Below are positions 28,833 through 39,300 of a stretch of 64,000 nucleotides of DNA, piece by piece; the stretch's first letter is position 1; every line of letters begins with the position of its first letter. Position numbers and translations under genes: made by a program. Below the pieces are notes generated by a model, which saw only the letters and a program-made list of their open reading frames with translations, had not been told where the DNA came from and searched no databases. This DNA comes from Trueperaceae bacterium (lineage in GTDB: Bacteria > Deinococcota > Deinococci > Deinococcales > Trueperaceae), in NCBI GenBank assembly GCA_965213925.1, contig OZ243927.1:1792001-1856000 (forward strand), written 5' to 3'.

Positions 28833-30251
28833 TTACTTTATAAGCGCACCAAGACGCACCTTCGCCGCTTGGTAGCTCTTCTTCGCGTCCACAATAGGTG
28901 ACGGATAGTCCCGCCCAATAACGCAGCCCAGCATCTCTTGTAAGAGGGGGGGCGTTTTATGCGGCTCGGCGAGGTAAGGCGTCGGTAACGCGCGGAGTTC
29001 GGGGACGTAGCGGCGGATAAACGCGCCCGTCGGGTCGCGCTCTTGGGCTTGCTTGACGGGATTATAGATGCGTAAAGTGCCGCGTCCCGTCGTCCCGGCT
29101 TGCATCTGATGTTGCGACCAGTGGATGCCCGGCTCCATGTCCAAAAAGTGCTTCGCTGTAAAAATCCCGACCTCGCGCCAGTGGAGTCCTAAGTGATGCG
29201 TCGCGAAGGAGACGAGCATCGCCCGCATCCGAAAGTTGATCCAGCCGCCCCTATGCAACGCCCGCATACAAGCGTCTACGAGCGGATAGCCCGTCCTCCC
29301 GGCGCACCAAGCGTCGAAGAGGTCTGGGTTATGCGTGTTGTCCAAGAGGTCGAACCTGGGGTCTATGTTGTCGAACTCGAGCCCCGGATTCGACTCCAAC
29401 TTCTGGATAAAGTGGCAGCGCCACCGCAGGCGCGACTGGAAAGAGGTCAAAGAACGCAGCCAGCGCCAGTCGGCGTCAGCGCCCTCGAGCTTCAAGACTT
29501 CCAGCGCGTCCAACTGCTTTGTAGCTGTCTGATAGACCTCTCGCGTGGACAGGTTGCCGAACGACAGATACGGTCCCAACTGACTGCACGCGCGCTGCGC
29601 TCTCTCCGGGCTCGACATTTCGCGGTAGTAGCTGCGCCCCCTATAGGCGAGAAAGGTGCGGAGTTCGCCTCTCGCCTGCGTTTCGCCGCCTAGCCGCGCT
29701 TCGTTTTTCGTACTCGGCGGTAAGCCTAAATCTACCGGCGTGCGAATCGCTTCGGCGGGAACCTCTTTCACTGCGCTGATATGTAAAGGCGTCGGCGCAA
29801 GCCGTTCTCTCATCTGCCGCCGCCACGTGTCGCCCCAGCCGCGCCTATCTTTAAGCCCTCTCGTGATGCCAGGTTGCGGCGTCTCTGCCCAGCGCACGCC
29901 CCGCGCTTTTGTCCACGCCTTGACCCGCTTGTCGCGGCGGTACGTCAGCGCGTTGCCCGTCTCCTCGTGACTCCAGAGGGTGAAGGGACCGAGCTGCGCG
30001 TGGAGCGTCTCTAAAACTTGCGTCACCTCGCCGACGCGGTAGGTCAACCTGCCGCCAACGTCGCTGAGCTTCGTGTCTAAGTCTAAGAGCGACTGGTTGA
30101 TAAATTCCAGGTGTGAAGCGTCGACCTCTTCGTTGTAGAGTTCGGGTTCGTAAACGTAGAGACACAAGGTAGGTCCACGCCGCGCCGCCTCGAAAAGAGG
30201 CGCGTGGTCGCTCAGACGCAAATCTCGCTTGAACCAGACGACGTGAAGCAC
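28833..30251 (-). CDS. Photolyase/cryptochrome family protein
   Basis: VVWFKRDLRLSDH, SQLGPYLSFG, GRTGYPLVDACMR, WINFRMRAML, RIYNPVKQ. Confidence 0.95.
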   Translation of the reverse strand: MLHVVWFKRDLRLSDHAPLFEAARRGPTLCLYVYEPELYNEEVDASHLEFINQSLLDLDTKLSDVGGRLTYRVGEVTQVLETLHAQLGPFTLWSHEETGNALTYRRDKRVKAWTKARGVRWAETPQPGITRGLKDRRGWGDTWRRQMRERLAPTPLHISAVKEVPAEAIRTPVDLGLPPSTKNEARLGGETQARGELRTFLAYRGRSYYREMSSPERAQRACSQLGPYLSFGNLSTREVYQTATKQLDALEVLKLEGADADWRWLRSLTSFQSRLRWRCHFIQKLESNPGLEFDNIDPRFDLLDNTHNPDLFDAWCAGRTGYPLVDACMRALHRGGWINFRMRAMLVSFATHHLGLHWREVGIFTAKHFLDMEPGIHWSQHQMQAGTTGRGTLRIYNPVKQAQERDPTGAFIRRYVPELRALPTPYLAEPHKTPPLLQEMLGCVIGRDYPSPIVDAKKSYQAAKVRLGALIK

Positions 30252-30257
30252 GATACT

Positions 30258-30280
30258 AGAATACCTTAAATTTTAAGTAT
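30258..30280 (-). promoter_or_regulatory. Photolyase leaderless promoter overlapped by an operator copy
   Basis: -10 TATTCT 6 nt before the GTG; plus strand TACCTTA-AATTT-TAAGTAT at 30262-30280. Confidence 0.6.
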
Positions 30281-30327
30281 TGTGGGTAAGAGGTGGTGCA
30301 CACGTCGGAATTCGAACGGCGTTCGCT

Positions 30328-31260
30328 CTAGCTTTGCGGGGCTAGAAACATCTCGATGGTTTCCCTGTTCGTTTCGATCAAGGCGCGCTGTTCGGGCCAA
30401 AACATCGGCGGGAGGACGTCTAAGTCGTGCCACTCGAGGCTGTACGCATGTCCTTCGTCACTTGGTACTCCCTCGACTTGCTCCGTGGAAAAGAGAAAAT
30501 AATGCGTCACCGTCCAGCGCTTCTTGTTGTACGTCAGCCGCTCGCGAACGCCGAGCTTGATGACCATGTGGAGGTCATTGATACCAGCTTCTTCCGCGAT
30601 CTCGCGCCTAGCCGCCTCCAGCAAATCCTCGCCCGCTTCCACCCCGCCCTTCGGCAAAATAACGCGGCCTAGCCCCGCCTCGCGCACGAGCGCGACCTTT
30701 AAGCGCTCCCCTTCGGCGCGGACCACCACGCCGCCCGCTGCGACGCGCTTGTACACACCCTCAGGACGCTCGTACCAACTCGCGTCGATTTCTGCATCTT
30801 GCGGTACGCTTTCGGGCTCATCGGAGAGAACCATCAGCACGTCGCTTGCCGGGTCAGCGACCTCGAAGCCGAAGCGGGCGTAGAAGGGTTCTAACCCACC
30901 CGTCGCGACGAGCGTCACATCCAAAGACCGACCTCTTGCGAAGTCTAAAAGCCGCGCCATCACGCCCGACGCGACGCCCTTTTTCCAACTGTCGGGGCGC
31001 GTCATCACGTCCAAAATCTGCGCGGTGTAGGGGTCGGCGAGGACGCGCCCGAAGCCGACGAGCTGCTCGCCTGACCAAGCGGCGACGTAGAGGGAAGAGG
31101 TCTGCAGCGTCGCCCTCGTTTTCGCTTCGGTGCGCTCGCTCCCGGCGTTCCACTCCACGGCGGCATAGAGGTCGTTCAAGAGGTCGGGGGTCAACCGCTC
31201 GTCGTTCACCACGAAGCGCACGTCCCTCTCCACCCTCTTTCCCGTTTGTCGCTGCGGCAA
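30328..31260 (-). CDS. GNAT acetyltransferase-NUDIX hydrolase fusion
   Basis: N-terminal LVGFGR...KKGVAS...FYARFGF; C-terminal Nudix box GGVEAGEDLLEAARREIAEEAG. Confidence 0.85.
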   Translation of the reverse strand: MPQRQTGKRVERDVRFVVNDERLTPDLLNDLYAAVEWNAGSERTEAKTRATLQTSSLYVAAWSGEQLVGFGRVLADPYTAQILDVMTRPDSWKKGVASGVMARLLDFARGRSLDVTLVATGGLEPFYARFGFEVADPASDVLMVLSDEPESVPQDAEIDASWYERPEGVYKRVAAGGVVVRAEGERLKVALVREAGLGRVILPKGGVEAGEDLLEAARREIAEEAGINDLHMVIKLGVRERLTYNKKRWTVTHYFLFSTEQVEGVPSDEGHAYSLEWHDLDVLPPMFWPEQRALIETNRETIEMFLAPQS

Positions 31261-31261
31261 C

Positions 31262-32065
31262 TTAAAAAGCCGCCCGCACCACGCCGCCGTCCACGCGCAA
31301 AGCTGCGCCGTTCGTCGCGGACGAGAGCGGGCTGCAGACGTACGCGACTAGGTTCGCGACCTCTTCGATCTCGATAAAGCGCTTTAAGAGCGAGGTCGGG
31401 CGCTCCGTTTCGAAAAACTGCTTTTCCATCTCGTCCCAGCTGATGCCCTGACTCTCCGCCATGCCGCTGATGAATTCCTCGATGCCTTCCGAGCGCGTCG
31501 GACCGGGCAGCACCGAGTTGACGGTTACGCCTGTTTCGACGGTGGTTTCCGCCAGACCTCTCGCCACCGCGATTTGCGCCGTTTTGGTCACGCCGTAGTG
31601 GATCATCTCTTCGGGGATGTGAATCCCGGACTCGGACGAGACGAACACGATGCGTCCCCAGCCGCGCGCTTTCATCTTGGGCAGATAGAAGCGCGAGAGC
31701 CGCACGCCGGAGAGCACGTTGAGCTTATAGAAGTCCAACCATTCGTCATCCGAGATGTCGGCGAAGGGTTTAGGGTCGAACATGCCGACGTTGTTGACTA
31801 GGATATCGACGTCAGGGTGCGCCTCGGTGACGCTCTGTACGCCCTCCGCGGACGAGAGGTCGGCGGCTACGCCCATGACCTCGCCTAGGTTGCCCTCCGG
31901 CGCGCCCTGCTTAATCTTCTCGGTCGCTTCGTCCACACGCTCCTGCGTGCGCCCGTTGACGACGACCGACGCGCCTTCTTTCGCGAGCGCGTCGGCGACG
32001 GCGAAGCCGATGCCCGCCGTCGAGCCGGTGATGAGCGCTTTCTTACCGCTGAGCTGTAAATCCAC
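31262..32065 (-). CDS. Short-chain dehydrogenase/reductase
   Basis: TGSTAGIG, NNVG, YGVTK motifs. Confidence 0.95.
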   Translation of the reverse strand: MDLQLSGKKALITGSTAGIGFAVADALAKEGASVVVNGRTQERVDEATEKIKQGAPEGNLGEVMGVAADLSSAEGVQSVTEAHPDVDILVNNVGMFDPKPFADISDDEWLDFYKLNVLSGVRLSRFYLPKMKARGWGRIVFVSSESGIHIPEEMIHYGVTKTAQIAVARGLAETTVETGVTVNSVLPGPTRSEGIEEFISGMAESQGISWDEMEKQFFETERPTSLLKRFIEIEEVANLVAYVCSPLSSATNGAALRVDGGVVRAAF

Positions 32066-32612
32066 GATGCCTCCTCAGAGCCTTCAGTCAAGAGTCTTCA
32101 GTGCTTAAAAGTCCTCTATGTCCAAAATCTTAATGAAGGTAACAGGTCACACATACATGTGTCAGCGACGCACGCTTCATTACCTTTTTATACCTGCCTT
32201 CTTACACTTGTCACGCTGAGAAGAGGTCGGCGCGCGGTTCTCGAGAGTGCCTTTCACGAAGCGAAGTTCACGCTCGAGCCAGCCTCCCCATTCCCGTCAC
32301 GACCAGGATAGTTTTGCAGCGCATCGACTCATCTCTGCGTTCTAATAGTTATGCTACGCCTGCGTAAATACGCGACTTTGCCATCAGCTTTTCATCAACT
32401 TGACCCTTGTACGTGCTATCTTGCCCAAGCTTGTGGGTATGTCTGTCAGGACGCCTGAGCCCAAAGCGTGACGCTTCGGCGCTAAACCATATCGTATGTA
32501 AAAAACTCCTCTCATAAGCGCTTAGCCGACGAGAACTGCGCAAGCGGAGCCTGAACGACTGTGTGTCAGCTTGCATCGACTCACCCCTTATATTCACGCC
32601 TCGAGGAGACTC

Positions 32613-33713
32613 GTGTTTACAAAGACAAAAGTTTTAACGGTGGCGCTCGCGCTGACTCTGCTGCTGAGCGCGTGTTCGCGAACGGCGTCCGCCCCGGACG
32701 TTGCGCCGGCACCCACCGAAGACCACGTCAAGGAGAAGCCCGACGCGGTAGACGAGAGGGTACCGATCATCTTCGACACCGACCTCGGGTACGACTGCGA
32801 CGACGCCGGCGCGCTCGGTGTTTTACACGCGCTCGCCGACTTGGGTGAAGCCAATCCCTTAGCGACGATGACGGTAGTCGGTGCGCCGCACAGCGCGGGC
32901 GCGCTCGACGTGATCAACACGCACTATGGACGCCCTGACTTGCCCGTCGGCGCGTACATGGGCGCGCTCTGGCAAGACGCCAGACCGTACTGGCTCGAAC
33001 CCGATACAGACTTTTTAGAGCCGCTCGTTGATAAGTACCCTGCTGACATCGAGACTAGGGCGCAGGCGCAAGAGGTGGTCGCGCTTTACAGGAAGACGCT
33101 CGCCGCGCAGCCCGACGGGAGCGTCACGGTTGTCGCGGTCGGCTTTCTGCAGAACTTAGCCGACCTTTTAGTGTCGCCTGCCGACGAGCACAGCCCGCTC
33201 GAGGGCAAAGCGCTCGTCGCCAAAAAGGTCAAGGAACTCGTCGTCATGGGCGGTAGGTACCCCGCAAACGACGAGACGCGCGACTTCAACCTTATGGGCG
33301 GACCCGAAAAGGATGGTCAAGCTGCGCAGAGGGTCGCCAAGACGTGGCCTACGCCCATCATCTTTAGCGGGAGCGAAATCGGCAACGAAATCCTCACGGG
33401 CAGTTCCCTTCCGGCGACGCTACCCCAGAACCCTGTCGCCCACGCCTACGACCTCTACCCCGGCACGAACAGTGAGGGCGAACGCGCGAGCTGGGACTTG
33501 ACCGCGGTCCTCTACGCCGTACGCGGCGAGGCGAACATGTGGAGCCTGCGCAGAGACAGCCATATCGTGATTGGCGATGACGGCTCGCACAAGTGGAAGT
33601 CCGGCGCGACGAGCCCCGCGCGGTTGTCCTTGGTGAGAGAAGCCCCGGTCGAGGAGATCGAAGGCGTGCTCGACGACCTCTTGGCTCGCCCTCCCGAACG
33701 GGGCTCCTCTTAA
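32613..33713 (+). CDS. Nucleoside hydrolase-like lipoprotein
   Basis: Lipobox LLSAC; IFDTDLGYDCDDAGA; VMGG; SWD; GGAG RBS before GTG 32613. Confidence 0.85.
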   Translation: MFTKTKVLTVALALTLLLSACSRTASAPDVAPAPTEDHVKEKPDAVDERVPIIFDTDLGYDCDDAGALGVLHALADLGEANPLATMTVVGAPHSAGALDVINTHYGRPDLPVGAYMGALWQDARPYWLEPDTDFLEPLVDKYPADIETRAQAQEVVALYRKTLAAQPDGSVTVVAVGFLQNLADLLVSPADEHSPLEGKALVAKKVKELVVMGGRYPANDETRDFNLMGGPEKDGQAAQRVAKTWPTPIIFSGSEIGNEILTGSSLPATLPQNPVAHAYDLYPGTNSEGERASWDLTAVLYAVRGEANMWSLRRDSHIVIGDDGSHKWKSGATSPARLSLVREAPVEEIEGVLDDLLARPPERGSS

Positions 33714-33767
33714 AAGGGACTCCCACTCAATAGAGCAATGTGGTTTCAGGGCGTAGGCAGGGTCCGT

Positions 33768-34397
33768 TCAACGCTCAAACGTCGCGATGTGCCAAACGCC
33801 TACGCTCCGTTTTCCTGTGAAAGCGTGTCCGCTGGTCTTCGCTGCCTCGAGAAGCGCACCTTCGCTGTGGACGTAAAAACGGTAGTCTTTGCGCCAGACG
33901 CGCATGCCTAAGTTGAGAAGTCGCCCGGCAAGGTCCATCCACCACGACGGGCGAGGATAGCTAAAGACGAGCCGCGCCCGGCTATGCGCCGCCGCTTTGC
34001 GCAGCAACGCGGGCGCGTCGGGGTAGCAGCAAACGACTCGGTCGAGCAGAACGGTGTCAGCGGGGGAGAGGTCACACTGCATAAAGTCAGCCTCTATAAA
34101 GGTGGCGTTCTCACTCACCTCTCGTTGTTCTGCGAGGGTCCGGGCTGCCCGCAAGTAGTCCCTCGACACGTCTACAAACGTGCCGTGCGCCGCGCCGCGC
34201 GCCAGCAAGCTCAGCCCCAGCCCGCCGACGCCGCAGCCGACGTCGAGCACCGAGCTTCCCGCTACGGAGCCCCGCAAGGTCTCTACAATGGTGCGCTGTC
34301 TCTTGCCGAGCCCGCGCCTTTTGAAGTCGCGCAGCTCCGCCTCTACGACCGGACCTTTGAAGAGTCCATTAAGCCCGTTCGGATCGCAGCAACTCAT
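33768..34397 (-). CDS. Class I SAM-dependent methyltransferase
   Basis: VLDVGCGVG, LDRVVCCYPD. Confidence 0.88.
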   Translation of the reverse strand: MSCCDPNGLNGLFKGPVVEAELRDFKRRGLGKRQRTIVETLRGSVAGSSVLDVGCGVGGLGLSLLARGAAHGTFVDVSRDYLRAARTLAEQREVSENATFIEADFMQCDLSPADTVLLDRVVCCYPDAPALLRKAAAHSRARLVFSYPRPSWWMDLAGRLLNLGMRVWRKDYRFYVHSEGALLEAAKTSGHAFTGKRSVGVWHIATFER

Positions 34398-34816
34398 GAG
34401 ATGCGCTTAGTCGGCCTGGTCAAGAGGTAGGTGCTGACGCTCAGACCTACGAAGACGAGCACAACCTTGACCCACACAATAGGGACAGCGAGGGCGCTCG
34501 AGCCCACCGTCACGACGATGAGCGAGACCGCCAGCACCTTCGCCCGCAAAGGAAGCCCCAGCCCCGCGCGCCAGTCGCGGATAAGCGGACCGAAGGCGCG
34601 GTTATTCAGGAGCCAGTTGTAAAACCTGGGGCTACTCCGCGCGAAGAAAAACGCGGCGATGAGCAAAAAGACCGTCGTGGGCATCACGGGCAAAAACGCG
34701 CCGACAACGCCCAAACCCGTAAAGAGGAGACCGAGCACGAGCCAGAGAAAGCGCACTGCGGGGTTCGCAGACAGGCGCATCTCGTGGCTGTAGTCTACTT
34801 GCGGCGGTTTACTCAC
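34394..34816 (-). CDS. YbaN/DUF454 family membrane protein
   Basis: GAFLPVMPTTVFLLIAAFFFARSSPRFYNWL; start uncertain. Confidence 0.88.
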   Translation of the reverse strand: MSKPPQVDYSHEMRLSANPAVRFLWLVLGLLFTGLGVVGAFLPVMPTTVFLLIAAFFFARSSPRFYNWLLNNRAFGPLIRDWRAGLGLPLRAKVLAVSLIVVTVGSSALAVPIVWVKVVLVFVGLSVSTYLLTRPTKRIS

Positions 34817-34863
34817 CTCTTTAGCGTAGCGCGAAATGCGGTGAAAAGACGTTAGGGAAGAGG

Positions 34864-35272
34864 TCAAACCTCGAAGAACGAACGCAGGTCGGCGGCGAGT
34901 TCGTCGAGTTTATCCCTGGGAACTGGCGCGTTGTCCCACTCGAGCCTAACCTCATCTCCCGACCAGCGCGGCACGAGGTGAACGTGGACGTGAAAAACGT
35001 CCTGCTGACCTGCTCGCCCGTTCGACTGCACGACGCTAAGCCCTTCGCAGCCCGAGACCGCTTTGACCGCTCTCGAGACGCTGACAACCGTTTGGAAGAG
35101 CGCGGCTGCCTGTTCGTCCGTGAGGTCATGGAGTGTTTCGACGTGTTCGCGCAGGATGACGAGCACCTTGTACGGATTAGGCTGCTCGAGGCTCAAAAGT
35201 GCCGCTGTCGCCGCATCTTCGTAAACGAAGCTCGCCGGAACGTCGCCCGCTAAGATTCCGCAGAACACGCAT

Positions 35273-35280
<8 letters not shown>
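34864..35280 (-). CDS. HIT family protein
   Basis: [21 protein letters not shown]. Confidence 0.92.
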
Positions 35281-35434
<154 letters not shown>

Positions 35435-35562
35435 CTTGTACCCTTTCCGGTCAATTCCTGTAGGAATTGACCCGAGTAAAGAGTCTTCAACAGCGGGTAG
35501 CATCTGTTGATAGACACAGCGTGTCGATAACGGCATGATACGCCCTGTTGAAGACTCTTTAC

Positions 35563-35748
35563 CTAGAGCATCCCTTCGGAGCGGAGCAAGAAGAAGGTCG
35601 AGGTGGCAAAAACGGCGAACAGGAGCACCAGCAAAAAGACGTTGGGCGGGGTTCCCAGGTACAGCTCGTTCAAGAAACCGATGGCGGAGAGGATAACGAT
35701 GGCGACGACGACGAATTTATTGAAGGGTTTTAAGGATTTCGGGTCCAT
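35563..35748 (-). CDS. Small two-TM membrane protein
   Basis: GGAG RBS; two hydrophobic segments. Confidence 0.6.
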   Translation of the reverse strand: MDPKSLKPFNKFVVVAIVILSAIGFLNELYLGTPPNVFLLVLLFAVFATSTFFLLRSEGML

Positions 35749-35749
35749 C

Positions 35750-36130
35750 TCACTCCAGGGGGTCTGAGAAACGTTGCACCTCGAGCCGGTACCCATCGGG
35801 GTCGCGCGCAAAGAAGTGGTAGATGCCGAACGAACCGTTCTCTTTGGGTTTGCCTTCCGTCTCGATGTTGAGGCGCAAGAGCCGCCTATAAACTTCGTCC
35901 ACCTCGTCCGTCAAGAGGGTGATGATGACGCCCTTGTGATCCGGAATGTCGCCCTCGTGCTGGCAAAATCCCAGGTACGCTTCACTTGCCGCCTTGAAGA
36001 TGACGCACGTTTTCTGGTCCCTGACCAAGCTCAAGCCTACGTCCCGCGTGTAAAAGTCCGTCGTCGCGGCGAGGTCGTGGCAGGGGTAAAAGGCGACGAA
36101 GCCCGTTATGTCAAAGTCCGTCGTCATCAA
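35750..36130 (-). CDS. VOC/glyoxalase family protein
   Basis: DFYTRDVGL, FFARDPDGYRLEVQ. Confidence 0.9.
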   Translation of the reverse strand: MMTTDFDITGFVAFYPCHDLAATTDFYTRDVGLSLVRDQKTCVIFKAASEAYLGFCQHEGDIPDHKGVIITLLTDEVDEVYRRLLRLNIETEGKPKENGSFGIYHFFARDPDGYRLEVQRFSDPLE

Positions 36131-37002
36131 TAGTCCACCGGGCGCAGATAGAATTCGTTGATCGCCGTGCCCGAGACCATCGCGCTGATGGGCAGTTCGC
36201 GCTTCCAGTGCGTCTTGGCGACCTTCGCTTTGACGAGGTCGATTTCGCTCTGCTCGAAGCCGAGCGAGCAGATGTAGGTGTCCTCATAGCCCGCGAGGTG
36301 ATGAAGCAGAATTTTATCGGCGCGTTCGTACGAGATTCCCAAGTCGTCCTCGTCGGATTGACCGGGAATGAGGTCGGCAGAAGGTGCTTTGCCGACGATC
36401 TCCTCCGGCACGCCTAGATGCTTCGCCAGCGCTTTTACCTGCGTTTTGAAAAGGTCGCCCAAGGGGTTCACGGGCGCGGCGTCCGCAACGTCGTGCCAGG
36501 TGTAGTACCCGAAGAGCCGCTCGGTCTTGTTGCTCGTACCGACCGGCACCGCGCCGTATTCAAAGGACTTGTCGAAGGCGATGATCATACGCTGGCGCGC
36601 CATCACGTTGCCCTTGCGGTGCGCGTTCATCGAGGGGACTTGCTCCGTGTAGCCGTCCACCGCACGCGTAATGTCGATCGTCTCGGCGTGAATCCCTAGG
36701 TCGTCAATGATGAGTTGCGCGTGGTCTAATGACGCCGAACTCGAGGTCTCGTAAGGCATGCGGAGCGCGTAGACGTTCTCCGGTCCCAACGCCCGAGCCG
36801 ACAAATAGGTGGTCACGGCGCTGTCCACGCCGCCCGAAAGCGCCACGACGACCTTCTCGAAGCCTTTGCGCCGCCGCACCTCGTCGCGCAAAAAAGCGAC
36901 GAGAAAGTCCGTCACGGTCGCCAGGTCGATATCCAAGCTCTTCTGCGGTCTGCCGTTCGCGCGAATGATAGTAGTGCGTTCTTTCGGTAGGGTCTGGCTC
37001 AC
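36127..37002 (-). CDS. nadE: NAD+ synthetase (synthetase subunit)
   Basis: LSGGVDS, GNVMARQRM, GTSNKTE, KAPSADL. Confidence 0.95.
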   Translation of the reverse strand: MSQTLPKERTTIIRANGRPQKSLDIDLATVTDFLVAFLRDEVRRRKGFEKVVVALSGGVDSAVTTYLSARALGPENVYALRMPYETSSSASLDHAQLIIDDLGIHAETIDITRAVDGYTEQVPSMNAHRKGNVMARQRMIIAFDKSFEYGAVPVGTSNKTERLFGYYTWHDVADAAPVNPLGDLFKTQVKALAKHLGVPEEIVGKAPSADLIPGQSDEDDLGISYERADKILLHHLAGYEDTYICSLGFEQSEIDLVKAKVAKTHWKRELPISAMVSGTAINEFYLRPVDY

Positions 37003-37886
37003 GGTTTCGCTCCAGCTTCTGAAAAGGCGCGCACCAATTCGGGCAAGTTGGCGCGCAAGTCCGCTAAGAGTGGGCTCTCGTAGCGGGCGGCTTGAATGCT
37101 CTCCAAGTGCACCTCGGTAAGCAAGATGCATTCGTCGAAAAGGGGTCCTTCCGCGACCTCCGCGCCGTAGGGGTCCATCATGTGCGACATGCCCATGAAG
37201 CCTTTGCCTCCTTCGAAGCCCGTTAAGCACGTGGTGAGGACGTAGACGCCGTGCTCGGCGGCGATGCCTTTGGCGGTATCCTTCCAACGTTGCGCGTTGC
37301 TCGGGATGCCCTTTTGCCCGGCTTGCTCGGCGACGAAGTCCCGCGCCGGGCTCGCGGTCGGGATGTAGAGAACGTCCGCGCCTTTTAGAGCGAGAACGGC
37401 GGCGGTGCTCGCGTGCCAGGCGTCCTCGCAGATGAGGAGCCCTGCCCGCCCGAAGCGCGTGTCGAAGGCGTCTAAATGGGCACCCCTCGAGACGTAGCGT
37501 TCCTCGTCGAAAACCCCATACGTCGGCAAAAACATCTTCCGGTGAACGTGCCGAACGCCCTCATGGTCCGTCCCGAACTCCGCGTAGAGCGAGCTGTTGT
37601 AAAAGGTGCCGCCGTCGCGCTCGTAGAAACCGAGACAGATGTCTAAAGGTGCGTTCCAATTTGCTTTTTTAAGCGTCTCTTTCAAAAGGTCGAAGAGGTG
37701 AGGCGCGGTCAAAGCCTGTTCGCGCACGCCCGCCTGCAAAAAGTAGCCCGAGAGCGCCGTTTCGGGCAGCGTGAGAACGTCAACAGATTCATCTTTGAGG
37801 TCTTCTAACATGCCGCCCAGACGCTCTAAATTATGCTCAAGTCTCCCTTTATGCGGCTTAAACTGAACCAGTGCGTGCCGTATCAT
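36999..37886 (-). CDS. Nitrilase-family amidohydrolase, probable glutaminase subunit of NAD synthetase
   Basis: PETALSGY, HRKMFLPTYGVFDE, ICEDAW (E-K-C triad); coupled to nadE. Confidence 0.88.
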   Translation of the reverse strand: MIRHALVQFKPHKGRLEHNLERLGGMLEDLKDESVDVLTLPETALSGYFLQAGVREQALTAPHLFDLLKETLKKANWNAPLDICLGFYERDGGTFYNSSLYAEFGTDHEGVRHVHRKMFLPTYGVFDEERYVSRGAHLDAFDTRFGRAGLLICEDAWHASTAAVLALKGADVLYIPTASPARDFVAEQAGQKGIPSNAQRWKDTAKGIAAEHGVYVLTTCLTGFEGGKGFMGMSHMMDPYGAEVAEGPLFDECILLTEVHLESIQAARYESPLLADLRANLPELVRAFSEAGAKP

Positions 37887-38060
37887 ACTCTTATCTTACT
37901 CGCCAAACCCGCCCGACTTTTGAGCCCGCCGCAATGTTGCAGGAACGCCCTCATACAGCGGTCAGCGCTGCAGTTCCTACACATGTGACTTTTACCCTTT
38001 GTGACGCACGCTGTGATATTTCATAGTTAAGCGCCCGTGCGCAGGTCCTACGCTAGAGTC

Positions 38061-38474
38061 ATGTCAGCGACGCTCCTTCTTGCCGCTAATCCCTTACCTC
38101 TTACGCTCATCACTTGTTTGGACGACTTGGGCTATGAGGTTGTCACGGCTGAGGGCGGGCGTGGAATGCTGGAGCACCTCGGACGGCGCACGCTAGACTT
38201 GCTCATTTTGGACGCAGATATGCTCATGGCGAGCGGGTTGGGCACGTGCGAGAAGTTGACCTGTCTATTGAAACATTACGACCTCCCCGTCATCATGACG
38301 AGCACGCTCTCAAATTTTCGCGAGAGGAGCGTCACCCATCTCGTAAACGCGAAAGTCGTCCTCCATAGCCCTATGGCTGGCGAGGTCGCGGCGATGGTCG
38401 AAGGGCTGCTCGGTAATGCTTACCAGAAGCTCACTCAAGCGGACGAAGCTCGCCGCTGGCGCACCGCTTCGTAG
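38061..38474 (+). CDS. Stand-alone, degenerate response regulator receiver
   Basis: GYEV, DLLILDA, LPVIMTS; N-terminal acidic pair and conserved Lys are not canonical. Confidence 0.6.
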   Translation: MSATLLLAANPLPLTLITCLDDLGYEVVTAEGGRGMLEHLGRRTLDLLILDADMLMASGLGTCEKLTCLLKHYDLPVIMTSTLSNFRERSVTHLVNAKVVLHSPMAGEVAAMVEGLLGNAYQKLTQADEARRWRTAS

Positions 38475-39232
38475 AGCAAGAGCGCCCCGGCAGTTCCTAC
38501 GTTTAGGCTGTCCGCCAACCCTCGCATCGGAATCCTTACGCGGCTCTGCGCCGCTTCTAACCACGCTTCTGGTAATCCCTCGTGCTCTGCCCCTAAAACA
38601 ACTGCGACCGCGCCCGTGTAGTCGGCGTCCCAATAGCTCAACTCGGTATGCGGCGTCGTCGCGACGACGTGGACCTCGTGTTTTTGCAACCAAGCGAGCA
38701 GTGTTTCTGTCTCGACGTTCAGCACAGGACGGCTAAACACGCTTCCCATCGAGGCGCGAATCACGTTCGGGTTGGTGAGGTCCGTGCCTGCGCCCGTGAC
38801 GAACACGGCGTCCGCGTCCACGCCGTCGGCGGTGCGCAAGAGCGCGCCTAGGTTGCCGGGTTTCTCGAGCCCCACCACCACTAAAAAAAGCGCATCCGGC
38901 TCAACGTCTAAGGCGTCCAAAGAGGTCTCGCGCATCCATGCAACAGCGAGCAGTCCATCTGGCGTGTCGCGGTAGCTGACCTTTTGAAAGGCGACGCTCG
39001 AGAGGTGAATGTGCTCTAAGGTGTCGGCTCGAGCCAGAACCTCTTTACCCTCAGCGTTTAAGAAATCCTCACAGGTATAGAGTTTTTCCACTTCGACGCC
39101 AGCGCTGAGCGCCCGCCCGACCTCTCTCGCTCCCTCAATCAGAAAACGCCCTTCACGCTCCCGCGTCCGCCGTTCGCGTAGCTTCACGAGCGCTTTGACC
39201 TGCGGATTTTTCGGGCTTTCGATGCGCGTCAC
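38435..39232 (-). CDS. TrmH/SpoU family RNA methyltransferase
   Basis: EKPGNLGALLRTA, LGAEHEGL, IPMRGLADSLNV. Confidence 0.93.
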   Translation of the reverse strand: MTRIESPKNPQVKALVKLRERRTREREGRFLIEGAREVGRALSAGVEVEKLYTCEDFLNAEGKEVLARADTLEHIHLSSVAFQKVSYRDTPDGLLAVAWMRETSLDALDVEPDALFLVVVGLEKPGNLGALLRTADGVDADAVFVTGAGTDLTNPNVIRASMGSVFSRPVLNVETETLLAWLQKHEVHVVATTPHTELSYWDADYTGAVAVVLGAEHEGLPEAWLEAAQSRVRIPMRGLADSLNVGTAGALLLYEAVRQRRASSA

Positions 39233-39300
39233 ATCGGTATTCTAACGGCATCTTAGCTCGGTAATACGTTCTAAAGCGCAGGGCGTACTAAACTTGAAAC

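Noticed and set aside
32349..32367. TTATGCT...GCGTAA RDRM-like palindrome
   Set aside because: 19 bp rather than 17 bp and not near a repair gene promoter
37984..38025. TGTGA motifs as a CRP/FNR site upstream of the receiver gene
   Set aside because: No TGTGA-N6-TCACA with correct spacing
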